Shown here piece by piece: positions 11,408-20,230 of a DNA stretch of 64,000 bases (its first letter is position 1; every line of letters begins with the position of its first letter). This DNA is from a virus. Taxonomy: Duplodnaviria > Caudoviricetes. Both the position numbers and the translations under genes were made by a program. The notes under the pieces were generated by a model. That model was not told the origin of the DNA. It was given only the letters and a program-made list of their open reading frames with translations, and made no database searches. The stretch covers positions 1 through 64,000 of the IMG/VR virus record IMGVR_UViG_3300005614_000005, one strand, 5' to 3'.

Positions 11408-11905
11408 ATGCATCTCGAGGACCACATCAGGGACTTGCACCAGCGACGTGAGAGCGTTGAAGGCCTCATTGGCATGGCGCGGTCCATCGCCGCACCCGAG
11501 GCCATCATCGCCATGCTCGACGCCCGCGTGGACGAGTTGACGTTGACCATCGAAGGCGTGGAAGAGATCGACGGCGTGCCACGCGAGAACCGCGGCGCGG
11601 CCGGTGTGCAGATCATCCAGTCGGCCGCCGCGCTCGAGCAGCTCCGCGCCGACCTGGGCTGCCGGCTCGACTGGCACGAGCCCGACGAGCAGGACGTGAA
11701 CGCCTACGTGCAGGGCAACCACCTCGACAACGCGATGGGGTCGTGTTCCGACCCGCAGCGCGCCTGCGGCGAGTTCAACGTCGTGATCACCCGCGACGAC
11801 AAGCCGGTGGCGGTCGTGAACCTCGCCTGGCTGCTGGCGTGGGCGGCCGAAGGTGCCAAGCCCGGCGAGGCGCACCTCCACGAAGACGAAGACATCCCGT
11901 TCTGA
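11408..11905 (+). CDS. Hypothetical protein
   Basis: Promoter and RBS; acidic C-terminal tail ending DEDIPF (SSB-tail-like). Confidence 0.65.
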   Translation: MHLEDHIRDLHQRRESVEGLIGMARSIAAPEAIIAMLDARVDELTLTIEGVEEIDGVPRENRGAAGVQIIQSAAALEQLRADLGCRLDWHEPDEQDVNAYVQGNHLDNAMGSCSDPQRACGEFNVVITRDDKPVAVVNLAWLLAWAAEGAKPGEAHLHEDEDIPF

Positions 11906-11930
11906 TCCATCCACAACCGAAGGAGGTAAC

Positions 11931-12239
11931 ATGGCCGCAAGGTCACCCGCAAAGACGACACGCAAGGCCGGGAAAATCCCGTCCGGCACGGCCCCCGAGA
12001 TCAAGTTTGGGAAGCTGTACCGCGACCGGATCACCGGGTTCGAGGGTGTCTGCACCGGCTTCTCGAGCTTCATCTCGGGTTGCGACCAGGTGCTGCTCCA
12101 CCCGAAGGTCGGCCCGGACGGGAAACGCGAGGACGGGCTCTGGATCGACGACGACCGTCTGATCGACGTCGAGGCCGAGGCGCGTGTCGCACGCACGAGC
12201 CGTAAGGGCGGACCTCCGCAGGGGCCGTCGAAGTCATGA
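11931..12239 (+). CDS. Conserved small phage protein
   Basis: RDRITGFEG..GC...WIDDDRL pattern; strong RBS. Confidence 0.65.
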   Translation: MAARSPAKTTRKAGKIPSGTAPEIKFGKLYRDRITGFEGVCTGFSSFISGCDQVLLHPKVGPDGKREDGLWIDDDRLIDVEAEARVARTSRKGGPPQGPSKS

Positions 12240-12447
12240 CGCAGTGGGCGCCGATCGCGTTCTCGGTGATCATGACCGTGATCATGCTCGCGGAGAGCGC
12301 GGTCATGTCGAACGCCGCCAACAAGATCCACGCCCGTCAGCAGAAGTTGAAGCGCGTGCGGGAAGCCGAGGACGAGCTCGGTCTCCCGCACTACCCCTTC
12401 GGGCCGCTCAGCGCGCCCTACCCCGACCACCAACCGAAGGAGACCAC

Positions 12448-12738
12448 GTGAAGAAGCTCCTCGCAGTACTCAGCGCCGTTGCCCTGCTGCTCGCAGCTGG
12501 GTGCGGCGGGTCGCACCTCGCCTCGACGCCGCAGGCGAAGCAGGACGCCCACGCCGCCGAACAGATCGTGCAGGGTTGCCTCAGCAAGGGCAACCCCCAC
12601 GCGATCATGCGGTGCATCGCCCCGCCCGGCCACTCGGCCGCGCTAGAGCGCTGCGTCCTACACGCCGCCACGCACGACTTCATCAGGAAGTCAAAGCTCG
12701 TGGCGGATCTCACGAAGTGCGTGGAGCAGGACCGGTGA
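12448..12738 (+). CDS. Lipoprotein
   Basis: MKKLLAVLSAVALLLAAG-C lipobox; AAGGAG RBS. Confidence 0.75.
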   Translation: MKKLLAVLSAVALLLAAGCGGSHLASTPQAKQDAHAAEQIVQGCLSKGNPHAIMRCIAPPGHSAALERCVLHAATHDFIRKSKLVADLTKCVEQDR

Positions 12739-13568
12739 GCGCGGCCGCCACGCTCCCCACCCCGCTCGCGCGGCCGACGAAGCACCCGCTCCGGTGGGCG
12801 CGGAATGCCGCGCTGACCACGGGCATCGGCGTCCTCGCCGGCGCGCTCATCGGCGTGCCGACCATCGCGGCGCTCTACTACGTGCTGCTCGAGACGCACG
12901 TCGGGATCGGGCACCTAGGCATCCACGTCGAAGGCGTTCACGTCATCACGCAGACCCAGCTCTGGCACGCGCTCGTCCCCGACAGCGCCCAGCGGCACAC
13001 GTACCGCGCGGTTCTCGAGGGCTTCTACGGCGGCCTCATCGGGCACGCGTTCGCGTGGAACCACTACAAGGGCAAGGCGAAGGACTACCCACGGCAGAAC
13101 GTGGGGCGTGTGGCGGGGGCCGTGGCGCTCGCGTTCGTGCTCGCGGTGCCCGGGTTCTTCGTGGGCGAACTGCTCGTCCACGTGTTCTCGCCGCTCCTGC
13201 ACCACGTCACGACCGAAGGCGCGGCCCACGAATCGACCCTCGCCACGATCCGCAACACCGTCACGGAATTCCTGCCGGCCAAGATCATCGGGATCCTGTC
13301 TGCGTCCTTCTTCGGGCGCTACGCGGTGCGCGGCATCTACGACCGGTCGCAGCTGTGGTTCGTCAAGAGGCGGCACTGGTACGGCAAGCCGCTCCGGTTC
13401 TACCACCAGCTCGTGCCGGGCTACGCCGCGCGGTACAACGGCGAAGCGTCCCACAGCATCGCGCCCACCACGGCGGCGTCGTTCGTCTACGTGACGGCGG
13501 CGACGCTGATCCTGGGCCTCGCCGGATACGGCTGGTACGTTCTCCAAGTGATCGCGAAGCACCACTGA
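12735..13568 (+). CDS. Multi-pass membrane protein
   Basis: Several hydrophobic helices; GTGA overlap with the lipoprotein gene. Confidence 0.7.
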   Translation: MSAAATLPTPLARPTKHPLRWARNAALTTGIGVLAGALIGVPTIAALYYVLLETHVGIGHLGIHVEGVHVITQTQLWHALVPDSAQRHTYRAVLEGFYGGLIGHAFAWNHYKGKAKDYPRQNVGRVAGAVALAFVLAVPGFFVGELLVHVFSPLLHHVTTEGAAHESTLATIRNTVTEFLPAKIIGILSASFFGRYAVRGIYDRSQLWFVKRRHWYGKPLRFYHQLVPGYAARYNGEASHSIAPTTAASFVYVTAATLILGLAGYGWYVLQVIAKHH

Positions 13569-13771
13569 TGGCACGGCCGCGTCGCATGCAGTTCTGCGAG
13601 ACGGGTAAGTTCGCGTACCTGACACGCGACGCGGCCGAAGCCGCGCTCGAGGAGTACCGCTCGGTGCCCCGCGAGTGGCAGCAGAAGGGGCGACCGCCGG
13701 TGCGGTTCTACGAGTGCCCCAAGTGCGGTTTCTTCCACCTCACGTCGAAGCGCAACGCGGTGCCGTCGTGA
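13568..13771 (+). CDS. Small Zn-binding phage protein
   Basis: CETGK..Y ... YECPKCGFFHLT. Confidence 0.6.
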   Translation: MARPRRMQFCETGKFAYLTRDAAEAALEEYRSVPREWQQKGRPPVRFYECPKCGFFHLTSKRNAVPS

Positions 13772-14236
13772 GGGTGCGCACCCTGCGGCAGCTCGCCGCC
13801 GTTCTGTCCGTGCTCGGTGACCCCGAGGTCGCGGACGCGCTACGGAACGAGCTCCTCTACCAGTCGTGTCACGACGAGGTCTACCCGCACCCCTGGCTCT
13901 GCGGTGAGTGCCCGTACATGAACGTCGGGCCGATCTGCACCAAGTGCGGCGCTGGGATCGAGGACGCGAGGCTGCTCACCCCGCCGGCGCGGCGACCTGA
14001 CCTCGATGCCGGTCGACTGCAGGCGACGGTCTGATGAAGGGACAGCGGTATCACATCTTCCATCGGACTGGCCGCAAACCGTACAAGAAGGTGGCGGAGG
14101 CCGTCGGGAAGACGGGCCACGACGCCATCGCGGGCTGGCTCGCGCTCGAACGTGAGGACGGTCGCGATCTCAAGGAGTGCGACCTCGCTGCAGTAGCCGA
14201 CTGGGCGTTCTACACGGAGCACTACAAGTAGGTCTG

Positions 14237-14683
14237 ATGCAGACGTTTCTACCCTATCCCGACTACATCGAGTCCGCCAAGGTGCTCGACCGTCAGCGGC
14301 TCGGAAAGCAGCGTGTCGAGGTCCTGCAGATCTTGAAATGTCTGATTGGTGAGGGCGGCGCCTGGGAGAAACATCCGGCGGTGCTGATGTGGCGGGGATT
14401 CGAGCCGGCGCTGATCCGGTATGGACTGCAGATCTGCATCGAGTGGGGCGAGCGTGGCTACAGCGACACCTGCTTCGACAAGATCGCGGAGTTCGCCGAG
14501 CGTTTCCCGTGGAATGGCTCATCATCGCCGCTCGAGTTTCCGCCGGACCCGTCGTGGTTCGGCGACCCTGACTTCCACCTGTCGCACCAGTCCAACCTGG
14601 TGCGCAAGGATCCCGCGCACTACGGGCCGCTGTTCCCCGGCGTGCCCGACGACCTACCCTACGTGTGGCCGAGCTGCGTGTAG
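14237..14683 (+). CDS. MSMEG_6728-family / pyrimidine-dimer DNA glycosylase (DenV-like)
   Basis: MQTFLPYPD, LDRQRLGKQRVE, HPAVLMW, HLSHQSNLVRKDP..Y, LPYVWP. Confidence 0.88.
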   Translation: MQTFLPYPDYIESAKVLDRQRLGKQRVEVLQILKCLIGEGGAWEKHPAVLMWRGFEPALIRYGLQICIEWGERGYSDTCFDKIAEFAERFPWNGSSSPLEFPPDPSWFGDPDFHLSHQSNLVRKDPAHYGPLFPGVPDDLPYVWPSCV

Positions 14684-14693
14684 GATCTTCTCC

Positions 14694-15389
14694 GTGAACG
14701 ACGCCACTGTCCGTCGCTACGGTCCCAACGAAGAGCGCCTCGTCACGCAGCCAGGCGACTTCATCCTGACCCACCGCCGTGCCTTCCCGTCGATGATGAT
14801 CGCCATCGGGCAGCGCATCCGGTTTAGGGGAGAACGTCGTCCGTATGCGCACTGGACCCACGCCGCGCTCGTCGTTGATGACGCGGGCACGCTGGTCGAG
14901 GCGCTCGCGCCGGGCCTCGTCGTGGACAACATCGACCGATACGCGGGCGTCGAGTACCACTACGTGATGACCGATCTGGACGACCGCGACCGCGAGCGGG
15001 TGCGTCGGTATGGCGTGACGATGGCCCACCGCCACACGCGGTACGACTACCTCGAGATTGTGTCGCTCGGCCTGCAGCTCCTGACCGGAGCGACCGTCGC
15101 GTTCACGACCGGCAACCGCATGATCTGCTCCGGGTTCGTCGCGACCGCGCTCGAGCGCACCGACGCGATCTTCCCCCGTGCCGCCAGCACGATGCTGCCC
15201 GCCGACCTGGCGGAGCACTACGGCGTCCAGCCGGGCGACGGCAATGATCCGCTGCGTAACCCCTCATTCGAGTACTTCGACGGCGAGTCGCCGCCACTCA
15301 CGTGGTGCGGGAAGCCCGGCCCGCCCGGACCACCTCCGCCGGGGCCGGCGTCTCCGCCCGTTCCTCCAGCGCACCGGGTCTACTCGTAG
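14694..15389 (+). CDS. Permuted papain-like amidase (YaeF/YiiX, C92-like)
   Basis: PGDFILT, WTHAAL (His), YDY and ICSGFVA (Cys) in permuted order. Confidence 0.8.
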   Translation: MNDATVRRYGPNEERLVTQPGDFILTHRRAFPSMMIAIGQRIRFRGERRPYAHWTHAALVVDDAGTLVEALAPGLVVDNIDRYAGVEYHYVMTDLDDRDRERVRRYGVTMAHRHTRYDYLEIVSLGLQLLTGATVAFTTGNRMICSGFVATALERTDAIFPRAASTMLPADLAEHYGVQPGDGNDPLRNPSFEYFDGESPPLTWCGKPGPPGPPPPGPASPPVPPAHRVYS

Positions 15390-15525
15390 GGAAACCCTCG
15401 GGTACCCCTCCGTTGGCCGGAGAACGAGCGAGAGGAGGGCGAGACGTGAAGTACGTGGTCTCGCCCAGCTACGAACGAACCGACGACCGAACGCGCAGTT
15501 CGACCGCCGGCTCTGGTTCGTGTGA

Positions 15526-15780
15526 CTAGCGAGTGCCTGCCCTAGCGCGGCGCGCGTTGGACATGGTACGACGCTTGCGGCCCGAAGGGCGCCTACCCGC
15601 AATCAGCGTGTAGGTCCCGTCGCCGTTCTGCCGGGCATGCTCTCGCCGAAGCAGGTAACGGACCGCGGCCACCTTCAGACCCGAGCGCTGCGCGAGCTCT
15701 GCAGGTCGCACAGGTTCGCCTGTGGCGACCGTGAGAGAAGCGCCTCGCGTCGAGGTCAGCGTGACACGTTCTTTCTTCAT
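15526..15780 (-). CDS. Small basic, possibly DNA-binding protein
   Basis: AAGGAGGTG RBS; upstream TTGACA..TATGGT. Confidence 0.55.
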   Translation of the reverse strand: MKKERVTLTSTRGASLTVATGEPVRPAELAQRSGLKVAAVRYLLRREHARQNGDGTYTLIAGRRPSGRKRRTMSNARRARAGTR

Positions 15781-15884
15781 GACACTTCACCTCCTTTCCT
15801 TCGGGTGGACTGCGATACCGTTACACCATAACAGCTTCCGCATTGTATGTCAAATGCGTACCGCACCACACCCGAGGTGAGGCG

Positions 15885-16286
15885 TCACCTCCGAACGATG
15901 CGGAAGTGAATCGGCGGGTTTCCGATCGTCTCGCCGCAGGGCAGCCAGACGTCGATGTGTTCGATGGGCTGCCCCGAACCGAACGTGTCCTCTACGGTGA
16001 ATTCGTGCTTGCCGCGGATCGCGGGCCACACCCAGATGTGTGTGCGCATCGGCAGCGCGTCGCTCGCCACCTCGCCCCAGTAGACGTGATTCCCATCGGC
16101 GGTTTCGTAGCCACCGCCGGTGGAGTCACATTCGCTGGGGCTGTAGTAGGTCGCGTACCCGCGGATCGTCGGACCGACGAGGTGTGGGTGTGAGCGCCGG
16201 TGGTGCGGGTGATGTACGTGATGGTGGTGAACCATCGGGCTCAGGTTTAGCGTGAGGGACGTAATGATGAGTGCAAGTAGGCGAAT
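15885..16286 (-). CDS. Secreted 3D-domain / double-psi beta-barrel (MltA-like) protein, probable ATT start
   Basis: ATYY, TADG, VASD, VEDT and IDVW Asp motifs; AAGGAG 8 nt before an in-frame ATT that gives a signal peptide. Confidence 0.7.
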   Translation of the reverse strand: MRLLALIITSLTLNLSPMVHHHHVHHPHHRRSHPHLVGPTIRGYATYYSPSECDSTGGGYETADGNHVYWGEVASDALPMRTHIWVWPAIRGKHEFTVEDTFGSGQPIEHIDVWLPCGETIGNPPIHFRIVRR

Positions 16287-16469
16287 GCCTCTGTCTCCTT
16301 CATACGGGTCGCCCGGGGCGAAGCCAGCCAGGCCGGATAGCGCGACCGTTCGTGTCGCGCGGTGCGGTTTTTCCGCGAAGTTCGCAACGTATCACTTCTC
16401 AACTGGGTTCCGCGGCAGCACCACGACACGGGTTGACGAAGCCCACGCGCACGTGCTAAGCTTCCGTCC

Positions 16470-16700
16470 ATGCTCATTCCCCACCTCATCACCTCCTCGG
16501 ACGACGCGGTCGTCGCGGCGCTCACGAACGAGAGCGACGAGGTGCCCGTGGCGATCGTCTGCCGCAAGTTGAACGGCCAGGAGAACTGGGAGCCCCTCAA
16601 CGCGCTCACCCCCGACGGCGTGGGTGAACTGCCCGACGGCTTCGAGCTCTCGAAAGAAGCGGTCCGCGCGCTGGATGAGATCTTGCAGGTCGTCCCTTGA
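16470..16700 (+). CDS. Hypothetical protein (leaderless)
   Basis: TTGACG..TAAGCT ends 7 nt before the ATG. Confidence 0.55.
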   Translation: MLIPHLITSSDDAVVAALTNESDEVPVAIVCRKLNGQENWEPLNALTPDGVGELPDGFELSKEAVRALDEILQVVP

Positions 16701-16763
16701 CGAACTGACGGCGACCTGTTACATTGTCACGGTGAAGTTCAAACACCGACTGAAGGAGGAACC

Positions 16764-17534
16764 GTGACCGCCGAACAGAACACCTACGCCGACAAGATTG
16801 CCAAGCTGCTCGCCAAGGCCGAAGACGCGGGTGTCACGCCCGAGGAGGCCGAGGTCTTCTTCTCGAAGGCTCAGGAGCTGATGACGAAGTGGTCCATCGA
16901 TGAAGCGATGATCCGCGCTGCTGGACGCGGCGAGGACCCGTCGAAGGTCATCGAGCTCAAGATCCACTACTCGACCCAGTGGGCCGGACCGCTCTCCGAG
17001 CTCTGCGCCTACATCGCGCAGCGCGGCGCGTGCAAGCCGCTCTTCATGAAAGCGGGAAACCGGACGACCGTCTTCATCGTGGGACTTGAGGAGGACGTCC
17101 GCCGCGTCGAGCAACTCAACTCGTCGCTCCAGATCCAGGCGCTCGCCGCGCTCACCCGCTGGTGGGCCGAACACCAGGACGAGTACCAGTTCGAGAGCAA
17201 GGGCCGGCAGTGGCGCGCACGTCGCGAGTTCCTCCACGGCTTCGGCAGCGGCGTCAACCGCAAGCTCGGCGAGGCCGTCGAAGCCGCGGAAGCCGCGGCC
17301 CGCGCCGAGGAGACCGAGACCGGACCGTCCGTCGCCCTCGTCCTCCGTGACAAGGGCGAGCAGATCGACTCGTTCATCGCGGCGCAGTACGGGAGGCTCC
17401 GCTCTGGCCGCTCGTCCAGCCGCGAAGGTAACCGCGAAGCGAACTCCGCTGGGCACGCCGCCGGACGCCAGGCCAACACCTCCACGTCGCGGGGTGTGGG
17501 CGGGGGTCGCGGCAGTTTGCCTCGCGGCGCGTAG
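16764..17534 (+). CDS. DUF2786-domain protein
   Basis: KIAKLLAKAE..TPEEAE....KAQELMTKWSID N-terminus; RREFLHGF; G..AG..A C-terminus. Confidence 0.85.
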   Translation: MTAEQNTYADKIAKLLAKAEDAGVTPEEAEVFFSKAQELMTKWSIDEAMIRAAGRGEDPSKVIELKIHYSTQWAGPLSELCAYIAQRGACKPLFMKAGNRTTVFIVGLEEDVRRVEQLNSSLQIQALAALTRWWAEHQDEYQFESKGRQWRARREFLHGFGSGVNRKLGEAVEAAEAAARAEETETGPSVALVLRDKGEQIDSFIAAQYGRLRSGRSSSREGNREANSAGHAAGRQANTSTSRGVGGGRGSLPRGA

Positions 17535-17556
17535 TCCGCTACAATCTGGCGGACGA

Positions 17557-17628
17557 TGCGGGTTGGTGCAAACGGCAGCACGCGCGGCTCTGGTCCGCGA
17601 GATCGAGGTTCGAGTCCTTGACCCGCAG
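17557..17628 (+). tRNA. tRNA-Gln(CTG), CCA not encoded
   Basis: Acceptor TGCGGGT/ACCCGCA; anticodon arm CGCGG-CTCTGGT-CCGCG; T-loop GGTTCGAGTCC; TACAAT upstream. Confidence 0.92.
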
Positions 17629-17643
17629 TAGAATCAGCAAACA

Positions 17644-17716
17644 GCCCACGAGCGCGATAGGATCCGCCGTCGGCCACCGCTGATTGGGAGAGCTGGGTCG
17701 TTCCCAGCCGTGGGCA
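17644..17716 (+). ncRNA. tRNA-like element (degenerate tRNA or tRNA mimic)
   Basis: Perfect 7-bp acceptor GCCCACG/CGTGGGC plus A; T-arm GCTGG-GTCGTTC-CCAGC; non-canonical anticodon loop; 73 nt. Confidence 0.55.
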
Positions 17717-17738
17717 CTGAAGGAGCTACAGTGGACTG

Positions 17739-18098
17739 GTGATTCATCAAACGCAACCCGACCGTGTGTTGCGTGCCGTGCTCGAACAGCATGGACTCCG
17801 CAGCTCGAGCGCCACGCTCGTCGCTGGTGAGATCATCAAAGGCTTGCAGGAGGCGGGCTGGCACCTGCTCGGTACGCCGCACGAGATCCGCGCTCCGAAC
17901 CACGGGTTCGGACGTGACTGCGAGGACTTTGAGATGCGTGTGCAGCTTGATGATCAGCTCATTGATTACGTGCAGACGCTGCCGCGCGAGCTAATCGAGT
18001 CGTGGGCAGACGTCGAAGGTCTTGTCACCCACACGCGCCGCGCGCTCGCTCACAAGGTTCTACACGAGCTGGGCCAGCGACTTGGTTTGCCATTGTGA
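17739..18098 (+). CDS. Hypothetical protein (leaderless)
   Basis: TACAGT ends 6 nt before the GTG. Confidence 0.55.
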   Translation: MIHQTQPDRVLRAVLEQHGLRSSSATLVAGEIIKGLQEAGWHLLGTPHEIRAPNHGFGRDCEDFEMRVQLDDQLIDYVQTLPRELIESWADVEGLVTHTRRALAHKVLHELGQRLGLPL

Positions 18099-18179
18099 TC
18101 ACGTTCGTACTCGCGGTGCTCGCGTCCTTCCTGGGTAGTATGCTGTCACTCGTGATCTGGCTCCACTTCGATCTCGAGG

Positions 18180-18584
18180 GTGCCTGGGAGTCACGCCGGT
18201 TGCGCCACGGCGCGCGGCTCGACGCCCGCCAGCGCCGTGCAGCAGAGGAGCACGGCCGCCGATGACGTTCAAGTTCTTCATCGAGCTCGCGATGTACAAC
18301 TTGCGGTGGCTGGCGAGGCGTACGGCGTAACGATCCACAACATGCACGACGGCCCGCTCCCGCCGGGCGTCGTACGGTGTGATCGACAGACCCCACTTGG
18401 CAACCCGTTCTCGTGTGACACGCCCGACGAGAAGGAAGCGGTCATCGCTGCCTACGAAGCGCACGTCTGGGCGAACCCCGAGCTGCTTGCTATGATCCGC
18501 GCGCTGCGCGGTCGAGACCTCGCGTGCTGGTGCTGGCCGGACCCGTGCCACTGTACGGTGATCGCGCGCATCGCGAACAGTTGA
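18180..18584 (+). CDS. DUF4326-domain protein (true start probably further downstream)
   Basis: DRQTPLGNPF and LRGRDLACWCWPDPCH. Confidence 0.8.
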   Translation: MPGSHAGCATARGSTPASAVQQRSTAADDVQVLHRARDVQLAVAGEAYGVTIHNMHDGPLPPGVVRCDRQTPLGNPFSCDTPDEKEAVIAAYEAHVWANPELLAMIRALRGRDLACWCWPDPCHCTVIARIANS

Positions 18585-18615
18585 CAAACGTTGAGAAGTG
18601 TGATACGGTTGCACC

Positions 18616-19272
18616 ATGAACCGATACACATACATACTCACCGCACTTGTCACCCTTCTACTGGCAGCGGCGACCCCCGCCGTCGCCCTCCCCACCAGCA
18701 TCGAACCGCCCGAACACGAATACCTCGTGTACGGGAACACCTACATCGGCGACTGCACCGTCGCGTCCGCCGCGGACTGGTCCGTCATCCAGTTCGGGGG
18801 TCCGCCTCCGCCCGACCAAGAAGTCCGACTCGACTTCTACGAAGCGGGTGGCTCGCAACACGGCGGGCTGAGCACCGAAAACCTCTTCGGCTGGTGGGCG
18901 TCGCACGGCTTCGACCACCACCGCGTGCTCTTCGCCGAAACACCCACGACCCGCCAGGCGACGGAAGAAGCCATCGCCAAGTACAAGGAGGCACTCGTCG
19001 TCGTCACCCTTCACCGAGGTGAATTCGTCGGGGCGACCGAACCGGACAAGGAAGGTGTCCACATGATGGTGCTCGACGGGTACACGCCCGAGGGGCCGAG
19101 CGTCGTGACGTGGGGCTTCACCACGTCAATCACGTGGGCGCAGTGGGAACACGACGCCATGAACTCCTACGTCCCGAAGGCGGTCGTCTCGCTCCTGCCT
19201 CCGGTGAAGCACCACAAGCACCGCATCCACCTCCACAACTTCGAGAAGGAAGCCCACCATGTGCACCACTGA
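18616..19272 (+). CDS. Secreted papain-like cysteine peptidase-like protein with His-rich tail
   Basis: Signal peptide; GDCTVA (Cys), GVHMMVLDGY (His), VTWG; promoter TTGACA at 18581 and TACGGT at 18604. Confidence 0.65.
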   Translation: MNRYTYILTALVTLLLAAATPAVALPTSIEPPEHEYLVYGNTYIGDCTVASAADWSVIQFGGPPPPDQEVRLDFYEAGGSQHGGLSTENLFGWWASHGFDHHRVLFAETPTTRQATEEAIAKYKEALVVVTLHRGEFVGATEPDKEGVHMMVLDGYTPEGPSVVTWGFTTSITWAQWEHDAMNSYVPKAVVSLLPPVKHHKHRIHLHNFEKEAHHVHH

Positions 19273-19636
19273 CCACGACGCAGCGCACACCCACTACCGC
19301 GGGCTGCTCGGTCGTCTCGAAGATGAGCGCGCCGCCGAGCGGTCCACGCTTCGCGAGCTTCGCGTCATGGAACTGGACGAGGAGATCGCGCGACTCCAGG
19401 AGGAAGACCGTGTCCGTCGATAACCAAGTGCAGCTCAAGCTCGACGCCGAGGAAGCCTGCGAGGCGATCAACACAACCCTCGGCTGGCGGGCCGCGAATC
19501 CCGAGTACAGCTTCCGCGGACCCACCTCTGCGTCACGAGGCGGTTACAGCGGCGGTGTCGTGATCTCACGGCGCGGCGCGCTCGAGTTGACGAAGCTCCT
19601 GCGTACCTGATAGGCTGCTGTTTCCTCCTCCCCCAA

Positions 19637-19672
19637 GCGGCCCGGACAGATCCCCATCTCTGTCCGGGCCGC
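19637..19672. terminator. Strong stem-loop, probable terminator
   Basis: GCGGCCCGGACAGA / TCTGTCCGGGCCGC 14-bp inverted repeat. Confidence 0.6.
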
Positions 19673-19708
19673 GCCGCTTCTACGACGAGCTGCGGATACT
19701 ATGTCGAG

Positions 19709-20230
19709 GTGCCCGCCGGAATCGTTTACGCACTCTGTGAGCCCACCACTGGCGAGGTTCGGTATGTAGGACAGACGGTGCGGCGAATGAAGGACCGGCT
19801 TCGTAGTCACGTCCGATCTTCACGAACACGTAACCACCACGTCTCGCTCTGGATACGAAGGTTGGGGCGTGCCCCAGAGTGGTTCACGTTGGAGCACTGC
19901 GCCACAAAGGCTGAGCTTGATGAGGCCGAGCGCTTCTGGATCTCGTGGTACCGCCGCAACACTCCGTTCCGGCTCACCAACCTGACAGCGGGTGGTGATG
20001 CAGGAACACTAGGGTGGGTGCCAACCGCTGAGACGCGGGAGAAGCTGCGCGCTGCAACAATCGCAAACTGCAACCGCGAGGGCTGCGCACGAGGAGGACG
20101 ATGGCACCGGGGACGCACGCTTTCTCCTCAGCATCGTGCAAGAATCTCTGCGGGACTTCGTGGCAAACCAAAGAGTCGTGCGCATCGCGAAGCTCTGAGC
20201 GCGGCACGCCTGAGGAAGTCACATGCCTGA
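19709..20230 (+). CDS. GIY-YIG homing endonuclease with NUMOD3-like tail
   Basis: GIVYAL..RYVGQT..RL.SH; E..WI; LTN...GG; ETREKL and HRARIS repeats. Confidence 0.85.
   Translation: MPAGIVYALCEPTTGEVRYVGQTVRRMKDRLRSHVRSSRTRNHHVSLWIRRLGRAPEWFTLEHCATKAELDEAERFWISWYRRNTPFRLTNLTAGGDAGTLGWVPTAETREKLRAATIANCNREGCARGGRWHRGRTLSPQHRARISAGLRGKPKSRAHREALSAARLRKSHA

Noticed and set aside
16290-16450. c-di-AMP (ydaO) riboswitch before the 3D-domain gene
   Set aside because: The conserved GGGGTGAA and CCCGTCAGCTAAC-type elements are not seen; kept only as an unknown structured leader.
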